NCBI GenBank assembly: GCA_963846575.1 | Contig: CAWJWJ010000002.1 | Coordinates: forward strand, 1,376,001 to 1,440,000 | Direction: 5' to 3' | Length of the DNA stretch: 64,000 nt | Source: an uncultured Nitrospiraceae bacterium | GTDB lineage: Bacteria > Nitrospirota > Nitrospiria > Nitrospirales > Nitrospiraceae | Shown here: positions 38,880 to 49,209 of the stretch, piece by piece | How positions within the stretch are numbered: position 1 is the stretch's first letter | Layout: each line of letters opens with the position of its first letter | Notes under the pieces: generated by a model | Seen by the model: only the letters and a program-made list of their open reading frames with translations | The model's database searches: none | Told to the model about the DNA's origin: nothing | Program-made: the position numbers and the translations under genes

Positions 38880-40241
38880 ATGACATCTTCACGTCCCCGT
38901 ATTCTGATTGTTGAGGACCATGCCGCCACGGTCGCCGTCCTGGAAGAGATCCTGTCGCAGGAGGGCTACGAGATCCTGTCCGCTCCGGACGCGATGGCCG
39001 CGCAGGCCCAATTGAGACAGTCGTCCGTGGATCTCATTCTGACCGACCTCAATCTTCCTCACATGGACGGGTTAACGCTCCTGACGCAGCTCCGTTCCCA
39101 GACGCCGGAGATCCCGGTCGTCTTGATGACGGCTTTCGGCTCACTTAAGTCCGCCGTGGATGGATTGAAGGCGGGAGCCTTCGACTATTTGAGCAAACCT
39201 TTCACGGGAGATGAAGTGCGGATGGTGGCCAGGCGCGCGTTGGAGCAGCGGCAGAGTTCCATGCCGAATCATGCCGCGAGCCAACGCCCGGCGGCACGCT
39301 CCTCATTCGATAATCTGATCGGCAGCAGTCCCGCGATGGTACACGTCTACAAGGCCGTGGCCCGGGTCGCGCAATCGGACACGACCGTTCTCTTACAAGG
39401 AGAAAGCGGAACCGGCAAGGAGCTCATAGCCAGGGCTATCCACGACAATGGTCCCCGGAGCGGGGGACCCTTTATCACCGTCGATGGTGCGGCCCTGGCG
39501 GAAACCCTGCTCGAATCCGAGTTGTTCGGCCACGAGCGAGGGTCGTTCACAGGAGCCATTTCGACTCGAAAGGGATTGCTGGAACGGGCGCACCTCGGCA
39601 CCTGTTTTCTGGACGAAGTGGCAGATCTGTCCCCCGCTTTGCAGGGCAAACTGCTGCGCGTGATCCAGGAAAAAGAAATCCGCCGGGTCGGGAGCAATGC
39701 ATCGACTATGCTGGATGTGCGGATCATCGCTGCCTCAAAAACCCCTCTTGAGCCGATGGTCAAGGCGGGGACCTTTCGCGAGGATCTGTACTACCGCATG
39801 AACGTGGTGACGATCGACCTTCCGCCGCTCCGCGAACGGGCCGAGGATATCCCGCTTCTCGCGGACATGTTCGTTCGATCCTACGGGTCCAGAAAAACTC
39901 CGCCGGTGACGGAGATCTCTCCCGAGGCCATGCGGCTTCTCACCCAGTATTGGTGGCCTGGAAACGTCCGTGAATTGGAACATGCCATCGAGCGGGCCGT
40001 GGCGCTGAGTCCCTATTCGGTCATTTGCCCCGAGGATCTGCCTTCTGCGGTCAAGGAGCCTCGGCCTCAGACGGTCGCCCGGGCGCAAGGCTGGGTCACC
40101 CTCGAAGATCTGGAGCGCGACCACATTCTGCGCGTGCTGGATTCCCACGAGCGGGACCTGGGTCGGTCGGCCGTGGTGCTGGGTATCCATCGTAAGACAC
40201 TGTTGCGCAAACTCCGTCAGTATGGAATGGCCGCCGGCTAA
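38880..40241 (+). CDS. sigma54-dependent response regulator (NtrC/AtoC/ZraR family)
   Basis: REC; GESGTGKE; ESELFGHERGSFTGA; WPGNVRELEH; Fis-type HTH. Confidence 0.95.
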   Translation: MTSSRPRILIVEDHAATVAVLEEILSQEGYEILSAPDAMAAQAQLRQSSVDLILTDLNLPHMDGLTLLTQLRSQTPEIPVVLMTAFGSLKSAVDGLKAGAFDYLSKPFTGDEVRMVARRALEQRQSSMPNHAASQRPAARSSFDNLIGSSPAMVHVYKAVARVAQSDTTVLLQGESGTGKELIARAIHDNGPRSGGPFITVDGAALAETLLESELFGHERGSFTGAISTRKGLLERAHLGTCFLDEVADLSPALQGKLLRVIQEKEIRRVGSNASTMLDVRIIAASKTPLEPMVKAGTFREDLYYRMNVVTIDLPPLRERAEDIPLLADMFVRSYGSRKTPPVTEISPEAMRLLTQYWWPGNVRELEHAIERAVALSPYSVICPEDLPSAVKEPRPQTVARAQGWVTLEDLERDHILRVLDSHERDLGRSAVVLGIHRKTLLRKLRQYGMAAG

Positions 40242-40284
40242 GCACAGGTCGGCGGCCATTCCCTCTGATTCGGTCAGACCTTCT

Positions 40285-41124
40285 TCATCGTGCTGCAGGC
40301 GGAATGGCCACATCGATGACTTTGTTGTCGGTGTCAACCAGCAGGATCACCGCGTCGCCTTTTCGGAGTCCCGCCATCTTCGATTGAATGACTTCGCGTA
40401 CCTCGTAAGGCTTTTCGGCCCCCGCGCCGGTACGTATCGTGATCCGATTGGATTCAAGGGGTGTGGCCACGGTGCCGTCGACCTGTTTATGCGCACCCTT
40501 GATCGGTGATTTGCGCTCCGCATTCCGCTCGGCGTCTTTGACGGCCTTGATATTGGCAAACCCCACGTCCGCAATCTGATTCGTTTCGTCCAGGAGAAAC
40601 ACGGCCGTCACTCCCACCGGGACCGCTGCCATCTTGCTTCGCGCTTGTGAGCGGATCGTATATGATTGTTCCTTGCCTTCGGCTTTGATCACGGCCGTCT
40701 CCTGGCCGATAGTCAGGTTCTGAGCGAGTTCGCCTCTGATGACTGTATGGGCGCTCGATTCCCCGTCGACCGGATGATAATCCACTAACAGGTTTTCCGC
40801 ATTCAGGACCACGATCAGCTCATCGCCCTCCTTGATGGTCTCGAACCCCTTCTGCCGCGCCTGCTTGAGCGGAAGGAAGCGCGGTTGCACTTCGCCTATA
40901 TCGAGCTTGATCTGGTCGGAGGTGATCGCTTCAACCTTTCCCAAGACCGACCGATTCGCCTTCAACATTTCTTGGGCGTCTCGACGAAGTTCCTCCTTCT
41001 GCTGCTTCTGTGCTTCGGCCCATGCAGGAGAGGAAAACTGACCGAGTGCCAGCAGTGATGCGGCAAAGATCGTCGTACCTCGAATCGTCGTGGTGAATAA
41101 CAAAGATTTTGGTTTCTGACTCAT
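40285..41124 (-). CDS. exported hypothetical protein with three beta-rich repeats
   Basis: Signal peptide; three similar segments ending in '..GD/V.xxxLxD/NxxNxxxD'. Confidence 0.8.
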   Translation of the reverse strand: MSQKPKSLLFTTTIRGTTIFAASLLALGQFSSPAWAEAQKQQKEELRRDAQEMLKANRSVLGKVEAITSDQIKLDIGEVQPRFLPLKQARQKGFETIKEGDELIVVLNAENLLVDYHPVDGESSAHTVIRGELAQNLTIGQETAVIKAEGKEQSYTIRSQARSKMAAVPVGVTAVFLLDETNQIADVGFANIKAVKDAERNAERKSPIKGAHKQVDGTVATPLESNRITIRTGAGAEKPYEVREVIQSKMAGLRKGDAVILLVDTDNKVIDVAIPPAAR

Positions 41125-41188
41125 GCTTGCTCCTCCTGGTTCAAAACGCCTGTTTGATTCCGTATGACTTCGCGTACAGTCAAACTAA

Positions 41189-41204
41189 AGCAAGACACGG
41201 GCCT
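41189..41204 (-). promoter_or_regulatory. sigma54 promoter
   Basis: Minus strand aGGcccgtgtcttGCt. Confidence 0.55.
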
Positions 41205-41493
41205 TGAACCAATTTGACGTAGCCGGACGCGTCGACTCCATAACATCGCGGTCTTCCAGCGTGAATCGAATCGTTTCTGTATGGGAAAAAGATCAGACTG
41301 GAGAGGACAAACTGTCTCCGGACGGACAACCCATCCTCGGACGAGGCGACAGGGTGAGACGGCTTGTCTGACGGATTTCGGACGCATACGAAGGCACGTG
41401 CCGCGTGAAAGCGGCAAGTCCAGACTGGCGTCGCCCTCGCTACATGCCCGGTCCCGTAAATGGCAAGGGTCGCTCCCCTGCGGAAACGAGTCC

Positions 41494-41509
41494 CGGCACC
41501 GCTCTTGCT
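41494..41509 (+). promoter_or_regulatory. sigma54 promoter
   Basis: cGGcaccgctcttGCt. Confidence 0.6.
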
Positions 41510-41641
41510 GAGCAAGAGTTCAGCTGTGGGGCCCGCAATCGATGCGGTCAGCCCGGGAGAGTAGGCTGCTCGCGGCTCGCACGTGAGAGCCGTGGCTGCC
41601 CGACCTGTTGATCTTATCGGGCTTCGCCAGCGTCCGGTAAA

Positions 41642-41681
41642 GGTTCCTGTGAGTACTGTGATGGTTCCTGTGAGTACTGTG
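41642..41681. repeat. tandem duplication, 19-nt unit, period 21
   Basis: GGTTCCTGTGAGTACTGTG at 41642 and 41663. Confidence 0.9.
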
Positions 41682-41717
41682 TTGGAGTTGACGGCAAGCG
41701 AGGCTCGATGGCGAACC

Positions 41718-41873
41718 ATGCCCTTGATCGTCTTGTTGCTCGAGGTGCTGGCCAGTCTGCAGTTCTTGAAGAAGGTCAATGATCGGAGAATGCCCGTCTG
41801 GCCCGCCTTCTGGAGAGGCGAGTCGGGTATGGCGCTGGGCGGTTATGAAGTGGAGACGGCAGGGAGGACGTGA
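41718..41873 (+). pseudogene. remnant of VKOR-family domain C-terminus
   Basis: 'LEVLASLQFLKK...VWPAFWRG' resembles the segment after VKOR domains in VKOR-SPW proteins (from memory). Confidence 0.5.
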
Positions 41874-42226
41874 TCGTGTGGGCGCTCTCCATCACCATCG
41901 TGCTTGGTATCTGGTTAGCCGCCGCTCCGGACATCCTGGGGTATGGCGGGCTGGCTCGCGCCAACAACCAGGTCGTCGGTGTGTTGCTGGCCAGCTTCGG
42001 CATGGTCGCTCTATCTGAGTGCATGCGGGCCTTGCGTTGGGCCAACCTGATTCTGGGCCTGTGGCTGGTGGTTGCGCCTTTCGTCCTGGACTATAGAGAT
42101 GAGCGGGCCGTCGGCAGTCTCGCTGTCGGAATCGCCGCGACTGTCTTGGCATTCGTCAGGGGGAGCCTCTCGGAACGCTTCGGCGGAGGGTGGTCCGTCT
42201 TGTGGAAAGGCGCGGAGCGTAACTGA
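41870..42226 (+). CDS. SPW-repeat membrane protein
   Basis: LGIWLAAAP and LGLWLVVAPFVL repeats; RGSLSERFGGGW tail. Confidence 0.75.
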   Translation: MIVWALSITIVLGIWLAAAPDILGYGGLARANNQVVGVLLASFGMVALSECMRALRWANLILGLWLVVAPFVLDYRDERAVGSLAVGIAATVLAFVRGSLSERFGGGWSVLWKGAERN

Positions 42227-42249
42227 CAATCATCGGAAGGACGAGAACC

Positions 42250-42411
42250 ATGCCTAGATCAGCACCAGTGAGGGAACCGGGTCCCAAGAAACCGCCCAGG
42301 GAGGAACCGCCGGATGACCCTCCCACAAGGGAAGATCCGCCGGCGGACGAACCATTGCGAAAGGACCCGGACGAAGGAAACGGTCCGATGAAGCTGGAGG
42401 TGACGTCATGA
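42250..42411 (+). CDS. small Pro/acid-rich protein (53 aa)
   Basis: Manual translation MPRSAPVREPGPKKPPREEPPDDPPTREDPPADEP...; GGAAGGA RBS; ATGA overlap with next ORF. Confidence 0.5.
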   Translation: MPRSAPVREPGPKKPPREEPPDDPPTREDPPADEPLRKDPDEGNGPMKLEVTS

Positions 42412-42608
42412 CGACCCTACTCGTGGCCACTGTGTTTCTGGGCATCATCATTAGCGCGTTGTATGCATTCGGGATCTTCAACACGCCCTATACGGACGCG
42501 TTCCGGTTCGGGTTTTATTTTCTCTTAGTGGTGGGACTGGTCGCGGTCGTGGTGACGATGGGTCGGAATCCGTTTGAAGGCTACGACCCCACGCCGGGCA
42601 CCCCGTAG
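42408..42608 (+). CDS. small two-TM membrane protein
   Basis: GGAGGT RBS; two hydrophobic helices. Confidence 0.7.
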   Translation: MTTLLVATVFLGIIISALYAFGIFNTPYTDAFRFGFYFLLVVGLVAVVVTMGRNPFEGYDPTPGTP

Positions 42609-42658
42609 CAGAGTTAACGGTCGATGTGTGATTCGATGTGTCAATGGAGGGTTCTGTA

Positions 42659-43738
42659 ATGTCACGAAGTGCGAAACGCCCACTCGTCGTAGTGATCACA
42701 GGCGCTTCGGCCGGGGTCGGCCGGGCGGCCGTCCGTGAGTTTGCCAAGCATGGCGCCTGGATCGGCTTAGTGGCCCGTAGTCGGGATGGACTGGAGGGTG
42801 CGCGGCGGGAGGTCGAGGATCTGGGAGGCCGGGCTTTGGCCATTCCCACGGACGTGGCCTTCCCGGACCAGGTCGAAGCCGCGGCTGAGGCTGTGGAGAA
42901 GCAGTTCGGGGCTATCGACGTGTGGGTCAACAATGCGATGGCCTCGATTCTCTCCCCGGCCATGGATATTACGACCGACGAATTCCGGAGGGTCACGGAC
43001 GTGACGTACCTGGGATATGTCTATGGCACGATGGCTGCGCTCCGTCGGATGAAACCCCGCGACCGCGGGGTCATAGTACAGGTGGGATCGGCCCTGGCCT
43101 ATCGCTCTATCCCGCTCCAATCGGCCTATTGCGGGGCCAAACATGCGGTGCAAGGGTTCGTCGATTCGCTGCGCTGCGAACTCATTCACGACGGCAGTCA
43201 CGTGCAGCTCACGACCGTACAGCTCCCGGCGGTCAACACGCCCCAGTTCAGCTGGATCAAGTCACGCATGCCGCGCCATCCCCAGCCGGTGCCGCCGATC
43301 TATCAGCCGGAGGTCATTGCGAGGGCTATTTATTGGGCGGCCCATCATCGGCGGCGGGAAGTGTGCGTGGGGTGGCCGACCGTCAAGGCCATCATGGGTA
43401 ACAAGTTCATTCCGGGCCTCTTGGATCACTACCTCGCCTGGATCGGATATGGGGCGCAGCAAACGGATCAACGAATCGATCAGCGGCGCCCGAACAATTT
43501 ATTCACTCCGTTACCCGGCGACTATGGAGCGCATGGCAAGTTCGATGAGGGCGCGCGCGAGGAGAGTGTCCAGTTCTGGTTGAACCGTCACCGGGCATGG
43601 ATCGGGGCTGCGGCGGTCGGCCTGGCGGCCTATGCGGCGAAACGCTGGATGGACGGTCAGGCTGTTCAGCAGAGCAATCAAGAGACGGTGGCGCTCTCCA
43701 GCCCGAGGAGACGGATGAAGGAGGGAATCTATGGCTGA
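42659..43738 (+). CDS. SDR oxidoreductase
   Basis: TGASAGVG, WVNNA, YCGAK, PVPPIYQPE. Confidence 0.92.
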   Translation: MSRSAKRPLVVVITGASAGVGRAAVREFAKHGAWIGLVARSRDGLEGARREVEDLGGRALAIPTDVAFPDQVEAAAEAVEKQFGAIDVWVNNAMASILSPAMDITTDEFRRVTDVTYLGYVYGTMAALRRMKPRDRGVIVQVGSALAYRSIPLQSAYCGAKHAVQGFVDSLRCELIHDGSHVQLTTVQLPAVNTPQFSWIKSRMPRHPQPVPPIYQPEVIARAIYWAAHHRRREVCVGWPTVKAIMGNKFIPGLLDHYLAWIGYGAQQTDQRIDQRRPNNLFTPLPGDYGAHGKFDEGAREESVQFWLNRHRAWIGAAAVGLAAYAAKRWMDGQAVQQSNQETVALSSPRRRMKEGIYG

Positions 43739-44489
43739 TTATGAACGGTTCCTTTACGGCTTGGGTGGCGGAGCCCTGTTGTTCGGCGGATTGAAGCGCG
43801 GTGATCGCGTGGGGATGGCTGCGGCGGTCGCGGGTGCCGGACTGCTGTATTTGAGCGCCACGGGGCAGCGTCCCCTCGCGCGGGCGGCAGGCATTCGTGT
43901 GGTCGATACCCGTCATGGAGGACGTCGCATCGAAGTGGTGAAAAGCATGACCATCAACCGGCCGGTGGCGGAACTCTTTGCCTTCTGGCGAGATTTTCAG
44001 AATCTTCCGCGGATCATGCCGCATCTGCGTTCGGTGGACGTGCTCTCGAAGGATCGCTCCCATTGGGTCGCCAATGCGCCGGCAGGGTTGACCGTGGAAT
44101 GGAACGCTGAAATTGTAAACGAAAAACCCGACACCCTCATCGCCTGGCAGTCTTGCGAAGGCAGTGAGGTGGCCAATTGGGGCGTTGTTCGTTTCAGCGA
44201 GGTCCCGGGCGGGCGGGGAACCGAGGTGAAGGTGGAACTGGAATATGAATCGCCGGCCGGAACAACCGGCGCCGTACTGGCAAAGTTGTTCGGAGAGGAG
44301 CCGTCCCAACAAATTGAGGATGGATTACGGCGCTTCAAGCAGATCATGGAAACGGGAGAAGTTCCGACGGTGACCGGGCAGCCCCGGGGCCGTGAGGCGC
44401 AGACCCCGTCGGCGAGTCGATCGGCGGGACGATCGAGAAACGGCGTCGAAGCACTTCACTCCACGCAGAAAATGAGGTCGGTGCTATGA
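43731..44489 (+). CDS. SRPBCC cyclase/dehydrase-family protein
   Basis: [31 protein letters not shown]. Confidence 0.9.
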   Translation: MADYERFLYGLGGGALLFGGLKRGDRVGMAAAVAGAGLLYLSATGQRPLARAAGIRVVDTRHGGRRIEVVKSMTINRPVAELFAFWRDFQNLPRIMPHLRSVDVLSKDRSHWVANAPAGLTVEWNAEIVNEKPDTLIAWQSCEGSEVANWGVVRFSEVPGGRGTEVKVELEYESPAGTTGAVLAKLFGEEPSQQIEDGLRRFKQIMETGEVPTVTGQPRGREAQTPSASRSAGRSRNGVEALHSTQKMRSVL

Positions 44490-45658
44490 AAGCTGTCTGT
44501 TGGTATGGAACCAAGGATGTGCGTGTCGAAACCGTCGATGATCCTCATCTGATCAACCCGCACGATGCCATCGTGCGAGTGACCTTAACGGCCATCTGCG
44601 GCTCGGATCTGCATCTCTACAACGGCTACAACCCCTCCATGAAAAGCGGGGACATTCTCGGGCATGAATTTATGGGCGAGGTGGTCGCCATCGGACCGTC
44701 CGTCAAGACGGTCCAGGTCGGGGACCGCGTGGTCATTCCTTTCGCCATCGCCTGCGGAGAGTGTTTCTACTGCCGGCGGCAGCTCTGGTCACTCTGCGAC
44801 AACAGCAATCCCAATGCGGCGATGCTGGAAAAGCTTTATGGGGATTCGACGGCCGGGCTTTTCGGTTATTCGCACCTGTTCGGCGGCTATGCCGGCGGGC
44901 AGGCGGAGTACGTGCGGGTTCCGTTTGCCGACGTCGGTGCGCTGCGGGTGCCGCCCGAGTTCAACGACGAGCAGGTACTTTTCCTATCCGACATCTTTCC
45001 GACCGGCTACATGGCGGCGGAGAATTGTGCGATTCAACCTGGTGACACGGTGGCCGTGTGGGGCTGCGGCCCGGTCGGACAGTTCGCGATTCAGAGTGCG
45101 CGGATTCTCGGCGCGGAACGCGTCATTGCGATTGATCGATTTCCTGAGCGTCTCCGCCTGGCCCAGCAATGCGGGCGGACCGAGGTCATCAACTATGAGG
45201 ACGCGGACGATGTGCTCGATCGGCTACGGCAGATGACCGGAGGTCGAGGGCCGGATGCCTGTATCGACGCTGTCGGCATGGAAGCCCACGGCACGACGTG
45301 GGGAGCCTGGTATGATCGTGTGAAGCAAGCGACATATCTGGAGACCGACAGGCCGATTGCCCTCCGCGAATGCATCTACGCCTGCAGGAAGGGCGGCACG
45401 ATTTCGATTCCAGGGGTCTACAGCGGATTCATCGACAAGCTCCCGTTTGGGGCCGCGTTCGGCAAAGGATTGACGTTCAAGATGGGCCAGACCCATGTCC
45501 ATCGATACATGCGACCGCTCCTGGAATTGATTCAGACAGGCGCCATCGACCCCTCGTTCCTGATTACGCATCGCATTCCCCTCAGTCAGGCGCGAGAGGC
45601 CTATGACATGTTCTGCAATAAAGAGGATTCCTGTATCAAGGTAGTGCTCACGCCCTAA
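44486..45658 (+). CDS. zinc-dependent alcohol/formaldehyde dehydrogenase-like (YbdR-type)
   Basis: [36 protein letters not shown]. Confidence 0.92.
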   Translation: MKAVCWYGTKDVRVETVDDPHLINPHDAIVRVTLTAICGSDLHLYNGYNPSMKSGDILGHEFMGEVVAIGPSVKTVQVGDRVVIPFAIACGECFYCRRQLWSLCDNSNPNAAMLEKLYGDSTAGLFGYSHLFGGYAGGQAEYVRVPFADVGALRVPPEFNDEQVLFLSDIFPTGYMAAENCAIQPGDTVAVWGCGPVGQFAIQSARILGAERVIAIDRFPERLRLAQQCGRTEVINYEDADDVLDRLRQMTGGRGPDACIDAVGMEAHGTTWGAWYDRVKQATYLETDRPIALRECIYACRKGGTISIPGVYSGFIDKLPFGAAFGKGLTFKMGQTHVHRYMRPLLELIQTGAIDPSFLITHRIPLSQAREAYDMFCNKEDSCIKVVLTP

Positions 45659-45722
45659 GGACGGCTCATGCGATTCAGGTTCGACGGAGGACCGGAGCGG
45701 TCACTCCTCAAAGCGGGGGACG

Positions 45723-46256
45723 ATGAAAGATAAAGCGGTCTTTTTCGCGACAGCGGGCATGGTCTGGTGCGACGACCTCTCTTCCGGTGTGCCCTCGGCG
45801 ACCCTCAGTCCGGGGGAGTGGAAGGCGCTGCGCCTCCTGACGCTTGCCGGCTATAACATCGTACTGTTTACGCCTGAAAAAACGACCGTCTATGCGGACG
45901 TCCAGGATGTCCGTCTGACCGACGGAGGGGTGATCAGGTCCGCTCGCCCGGTCGCGCAGCGGCGGGATGCACTGAGAAGACGCGTTAGGCCGTTGCTCCA
46001 GGCAACGGCAACGTTGCAGATCGATTTGACTCACTCCTGGATGGTCGGCGACAGGCTCGATGGTATCGAAGCAGGCCGCATCGTGGGGTGTAAAACGGTC
46101 TTGCTGACCGATGGAAGTGAGCGTGACTGGGATATGACGGCCACACGGTGGCCGGACCTCATCGCGGGGGACTTGTGGGAAATCGCCTGTTTGATTGTGA
46201 TGTCCGACGGGTCGTCCGTCGAGGGCCTTTCAGGCAGCCTCGAAGACGATTGCTAG
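45723..46256 (+). CDS. degenerate GmhB/HisB-like HAD phosphatase
   Basis: IDLTHSWMVGDRLDGIEAGRIVGCKTVL retained; motif I reads KAVFFATAG instead of DxD. Confidence 0.65.
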   Translation: MKDKAVFFATAGMVWCDDLSSGVPSATLSPGEWKALRLLTLAGYNIVLFTPEKTTVYADVQDVRLTDGGVIRSARPVAQRRDALRRRVRPLLQATATLQIDLTHSWMVGDRLDGIEAGRIVGCKTVLLTDGSERDWDMTATRWPDLIAGDLWEIACLIVMSDGSSVEGLSGSLEDDC

Positions 46257-46312
46257 TCCGGGCCGCTCACGTGGGCACGCTTCTCCGAACGATCGCGAAC
46301 CCCCATAGACTC

Positions 46313-46534
46313 TTAGCGTACGAGGCCCACGACGCCGATTCGAATCCGGGCACCTCGCTTGTGCCATTCCTCTTTGGGATCCCGCTCGCGGCCCCGGTTC
46401 TCGCAAATAAGCTGGTCAACGATCTCTCCACAAGCAAAACATCTCCAGGCGGCTGGTTGCTGGTTGACTGGCCCGCCTCCCCAATCGCGGAGTTCGACAG
46501 GAAACATCAGACTGCGGCATCGTTGACACTGCAT
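46313..46534 (-). CDS. small zinc-ribbon protein
   Basis: MQCQRC...WRCFACGEIVD; GAGGT RBS. Confidence 0.75.
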   Translation of the reverse strand: MQCQRCRSLMFPVELRDWGGGPVNQQPAAWRCFACGEIVDQLICENRGRERDPKEEWHKRGARIRIGVVGLVR

Positions 46535-46589
46535 AAGTTCACCTCTTGTTTGGTTAACCCATCGTAGAAAGTGCCTCCTTCATTTGGCA

Positions 46590-46651
46590 CTAGGATCTAC
46601 CCTAGTAATCATGACCTCGCTACGTGGGACAGCCTCAAGGGCTCTACCTAG
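46590..46651. promoter_or_regulatory. two CTAGG-N6-CCTAG palindromes
   Basis: CTAGGATCTACCCTAG (46590) and CAAGGGCTCTACCTAG (46636) between divergent genes. Confidence 0.65.
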
Positions 46652-46917
46652 TGGGAAAACGGGCGGCCGACTCCGTACATTACCGTAACCGTACATTCAT
46701 TTCTGGCCGGGTAGGCACTGCCTCTGACCCTTCACGCGTGTCACGCGTGGCGTCGGGAGCCAGTCTCTCATCAACTCGCCAGCCCTGGTTAGATCTGGCC
46801 GGCGTCAGCCAGCTGTCCATTCGGCCCTGGCTGGGACTGAAGATCGGCGAACGAAGGTCTCTTTTGGCGAACGGAAGGTCTCTTTTCATGTGGTGCATCA
46901 CCGCACGAGTACGATTC

Positions 46918-48576
46918 ATGATCGTCTGTCTCTTGCCCCTGTTGTTCAGCGTCGGATGCAGCGAGATACCAGCACCCACCCCGGCGATCTCGACGGCGAA
47001 CGAACAACATGTTCGTTTTCTGCACCTGGCCGACATGCATGCCCAGTTGGAGGAACATTGGGAGTTCTTTCCGGAGCATCCGGAACAACTCCGCCGTATG
47101 GGCGGCTTCGCGCGTATCAGATCTGTTTTGGAGCAGAAGCGCCGGGAATTTCCTGGTGCGGTGTTCACGATGGATGGCGGGGATACCTTTCAGGGCTCCG
47201 CCCTCGCGGCATGGACCGAGGGCGCCGCCGTTATTCCTCCGCTCAACGCGCTGGGGATCGATGTCGGAGTGCCTGGCAATTGGGATGTCGTCTATGGTCC
47301 GGCTGTCTTTCGGAAGTTATACGCGGACGTAAATTTCACCGTGGTCTGTTACAACTTCCATGAGACGGGGAGCGGCGCGCGTCTCTTTCCTCCGGCCACC
47401 GTGCTGGAACGAAACGGGGTGCGGGTGGCTTTCGTCGGAGTGACCGATCCTACTACCACCGTCCGGCAACCTCCGGCCGAAGTCGTGGGTCTCGACTCGA
47501 CCCGGATGGAGGGACTGCGCCGGTTCGTGCAGGACCTTCGCGAACGGGAACGCCCCGATCTCGTCGTGCTCGTCGACCATACGGGACTGGCGCCCTCCGT
47601 CCAACTGGCCCAGGACATTCCGGAGTTTGACATCGTCTTCAGCGGGCACACCCATGAACGGGTGTATGAACCGATCCATGTCGGGCGGACGATCGTGGTC
47701 GAGCCGGGATCGATGGGGTCGTTTCTCGGACAGCTGGATGTCACGCTGCAGGAAGGCCGCATCACCGCCTCGCGTTTCGAGCTCGTCGAGATTGATGCCA
47801 CGCGTTTTCCTGAAGACCAGCAGGTCAAGGAGCTCATTCAAGCGGCAAAGGCTCCCTTCGAGTCACGTTTGCGGGAGGTGGTCGGCGAAACCAGGAACAT
47901 CGTGAGGCGGTACGACGTGCTCGATGCCACGATGGACAATCTCATTGCCGATGCGGTTCGCGAGGCTACCGCGAGCGAGATCGCCTTTACGAACGGATTT
48001 CGTTTCTCGCCGCCGATTCCTCCCGGCCCGATCACCGAGGCCGATCTCTGGAACATGTTGCCGCTGGACGCGCGGCTCAAAACCGGCCGGGTGACCGGCA
48101 AGCAGCTTGGGGAATATCTGGAGCAGGAAATGGAGCTCGTGTTTGCCCAGGATCCCTTGGCCCTGTCAGGAGGTTGGGGCCCGCGCCCCTCCGGGCTGGA
48201 GATGCAATTCATTGCGAAGGCTCAGAAGGGGGAGCGGGTGCAGCACGTGCGGATCCACGGGATCCCGCTGGAAGCGGAACGGTCATACACGATCGGTGGT
48301 TGCGAGCGAGACGGAGAGCCCATGGACATCATCTGCCGGTTGCGAGGAGTACAGGACCCGCAGTATGTTCCGGGCACGATTCACAGCGTATTGAAAGCGT
48401 ATCTCACACGGCATTCCCCCCTTTCGCTTGAACCTGAACGACGGGTCCGGGCCTTAGACCTTCCTGCTCCACTGTGGTCGCAGTACGGCACCTTACAAAA
48501 CCTATGGTCGATTCCAGGCAATGCCTCCGCGGTGAAAGTACCGGGTGTCCCTTCAACGAAGTCTCAGGGGCAGTAG
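46918..48576 (+). CDS. SoxB-like/5'-nucleotidase-family metallophosphoesterase, probable lipoprotein
   Basis: HLADMH, DGGDTFQGS, PGNWD, DHTG, SGHTHE, NGFRF; lipobox SVGC; start uncertain. Confidence 0.85.
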   Translation: MIVCLLPLLFSVGCSEIPAPTPAISTANEQHVRFLHLADMHAQLEEHWEFFPEHPEQLRRMGGFARIRSVLEQKRREFPGAVFTMDGGDTFQGSALAAWTEGAAVIPPLNALGIDVGVPGNWDVVYGPAVFRKLYADVNFTVVCYNFHETGSGARLFPPATVLERNGVRVAFVGVTDPTTTVRQPPAEVVGLDSTRMEGLRRFVQDLRERERPDLVVLVDHTGLAPSVQLAQDIPEFDIVFSGHTHERVYEPIHVGRTIVVEPGSMGSFLGQLDVTLQEGRITASRFELVEIDATRFPEDQQVKELIQAAKAPFESRLREVVGETRNIVRRYDVLDATMDNLIADAVREATASEIAFTNGFRFSPPIPPGPITEADLWNMLPLDARLKTGRVTGKQLGEYLEQEMELVFAQDPLALSGGWGPRPSGLEMQFIAKAQKGERVQHVRIHGIPLEAERSYTIGGCERDGEPMDIICRLRGVQDPQYVPGTIHSVLKAYLTRHSPLSLEPERRVRALDLPAPLWSQYGTLQNLWSIPGNASAVKVPGVPSTKSQGQ

Positions 48577-48624
48577 CGGCACAGGGTTCACATCTACATT
48601 CTGTTGAGGAAGGAGGATACAGGC

Positions 48625-49209
48625 ATGGCACAGTCTTTTGTGTATCGAATCACGCGAAGGGTGCTCGGGCTCAGGGGTTCAACGGCTGCGGCCAGTGCAA
48701 TTTGTCTTGCTGTCGCACTCATGCCGGCCGGCATGTCGTGGGCAGAGGATGTGGGTTCCCTCGTGCAGCAGGCCCAGCAGCAATTGACCATTGCCATTCA
48801 GCAGGCCGAAGCATCACTGCAACCGCACCAACCGGGCAGCGGGCACACGAAACAGCACATGCAACAGGTGATCAATGTGCTTGAAGGACGGAACGGAAAG
48901 AATTATAACGCCAAGGTTGAGAGTCCCGGCGATGGCGAAGGCGTGACCAAACGGCTTAAGATGGCAGACGAGAAGGTGAAAGGCGATCACGGTTCCAAAG
49001 ATATCCAGCAGGCTCTCGATCAGACCATGTCTTTGGTCCAAGAAGCGATTCAGCACGCCAAGCGGTCTGTGCAGGGGGCTGATGTGGATGAAACCCACAG
49101 GTACGCAGGATTGACGGCCGGCCTTCTGATTGCCGCAGCCGGCCGCCCGGATAGCGAATCTCCGATCACCGGATCTCTAGCCTATCTCGCTAAACAGGCA
49201 GGGAAATAG
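48625..49209 (+). CDS. exported helical His/Gln-rich hypothetical protein
   Basis: AAGGAGG RBS; signal peptide; HTKQHMQQVINVLEG. Confidence 0.75.
   Translation: MAQSFVYRITRRVLGLRGSTAAASAICLAVALMPAGMSWAEDVGSLVQQAQQQLTIAIQQAEASLQPHQPGSGHTKQHMQQVINVLEGRNGKNYNAKVESPGDGEGVTKRLKMADEKVKGDHGSKDIQQALDQTMSLVQEAIQHAKRSVQGADVDETHRYAGLTAGLLIAAAGRPDSESPITGSLAYLAKQAGK

Noticed and set aside
41642..41681. Mini-CRISPR
   Set aside because: Two adjacent copies with no spacer and no cas genes
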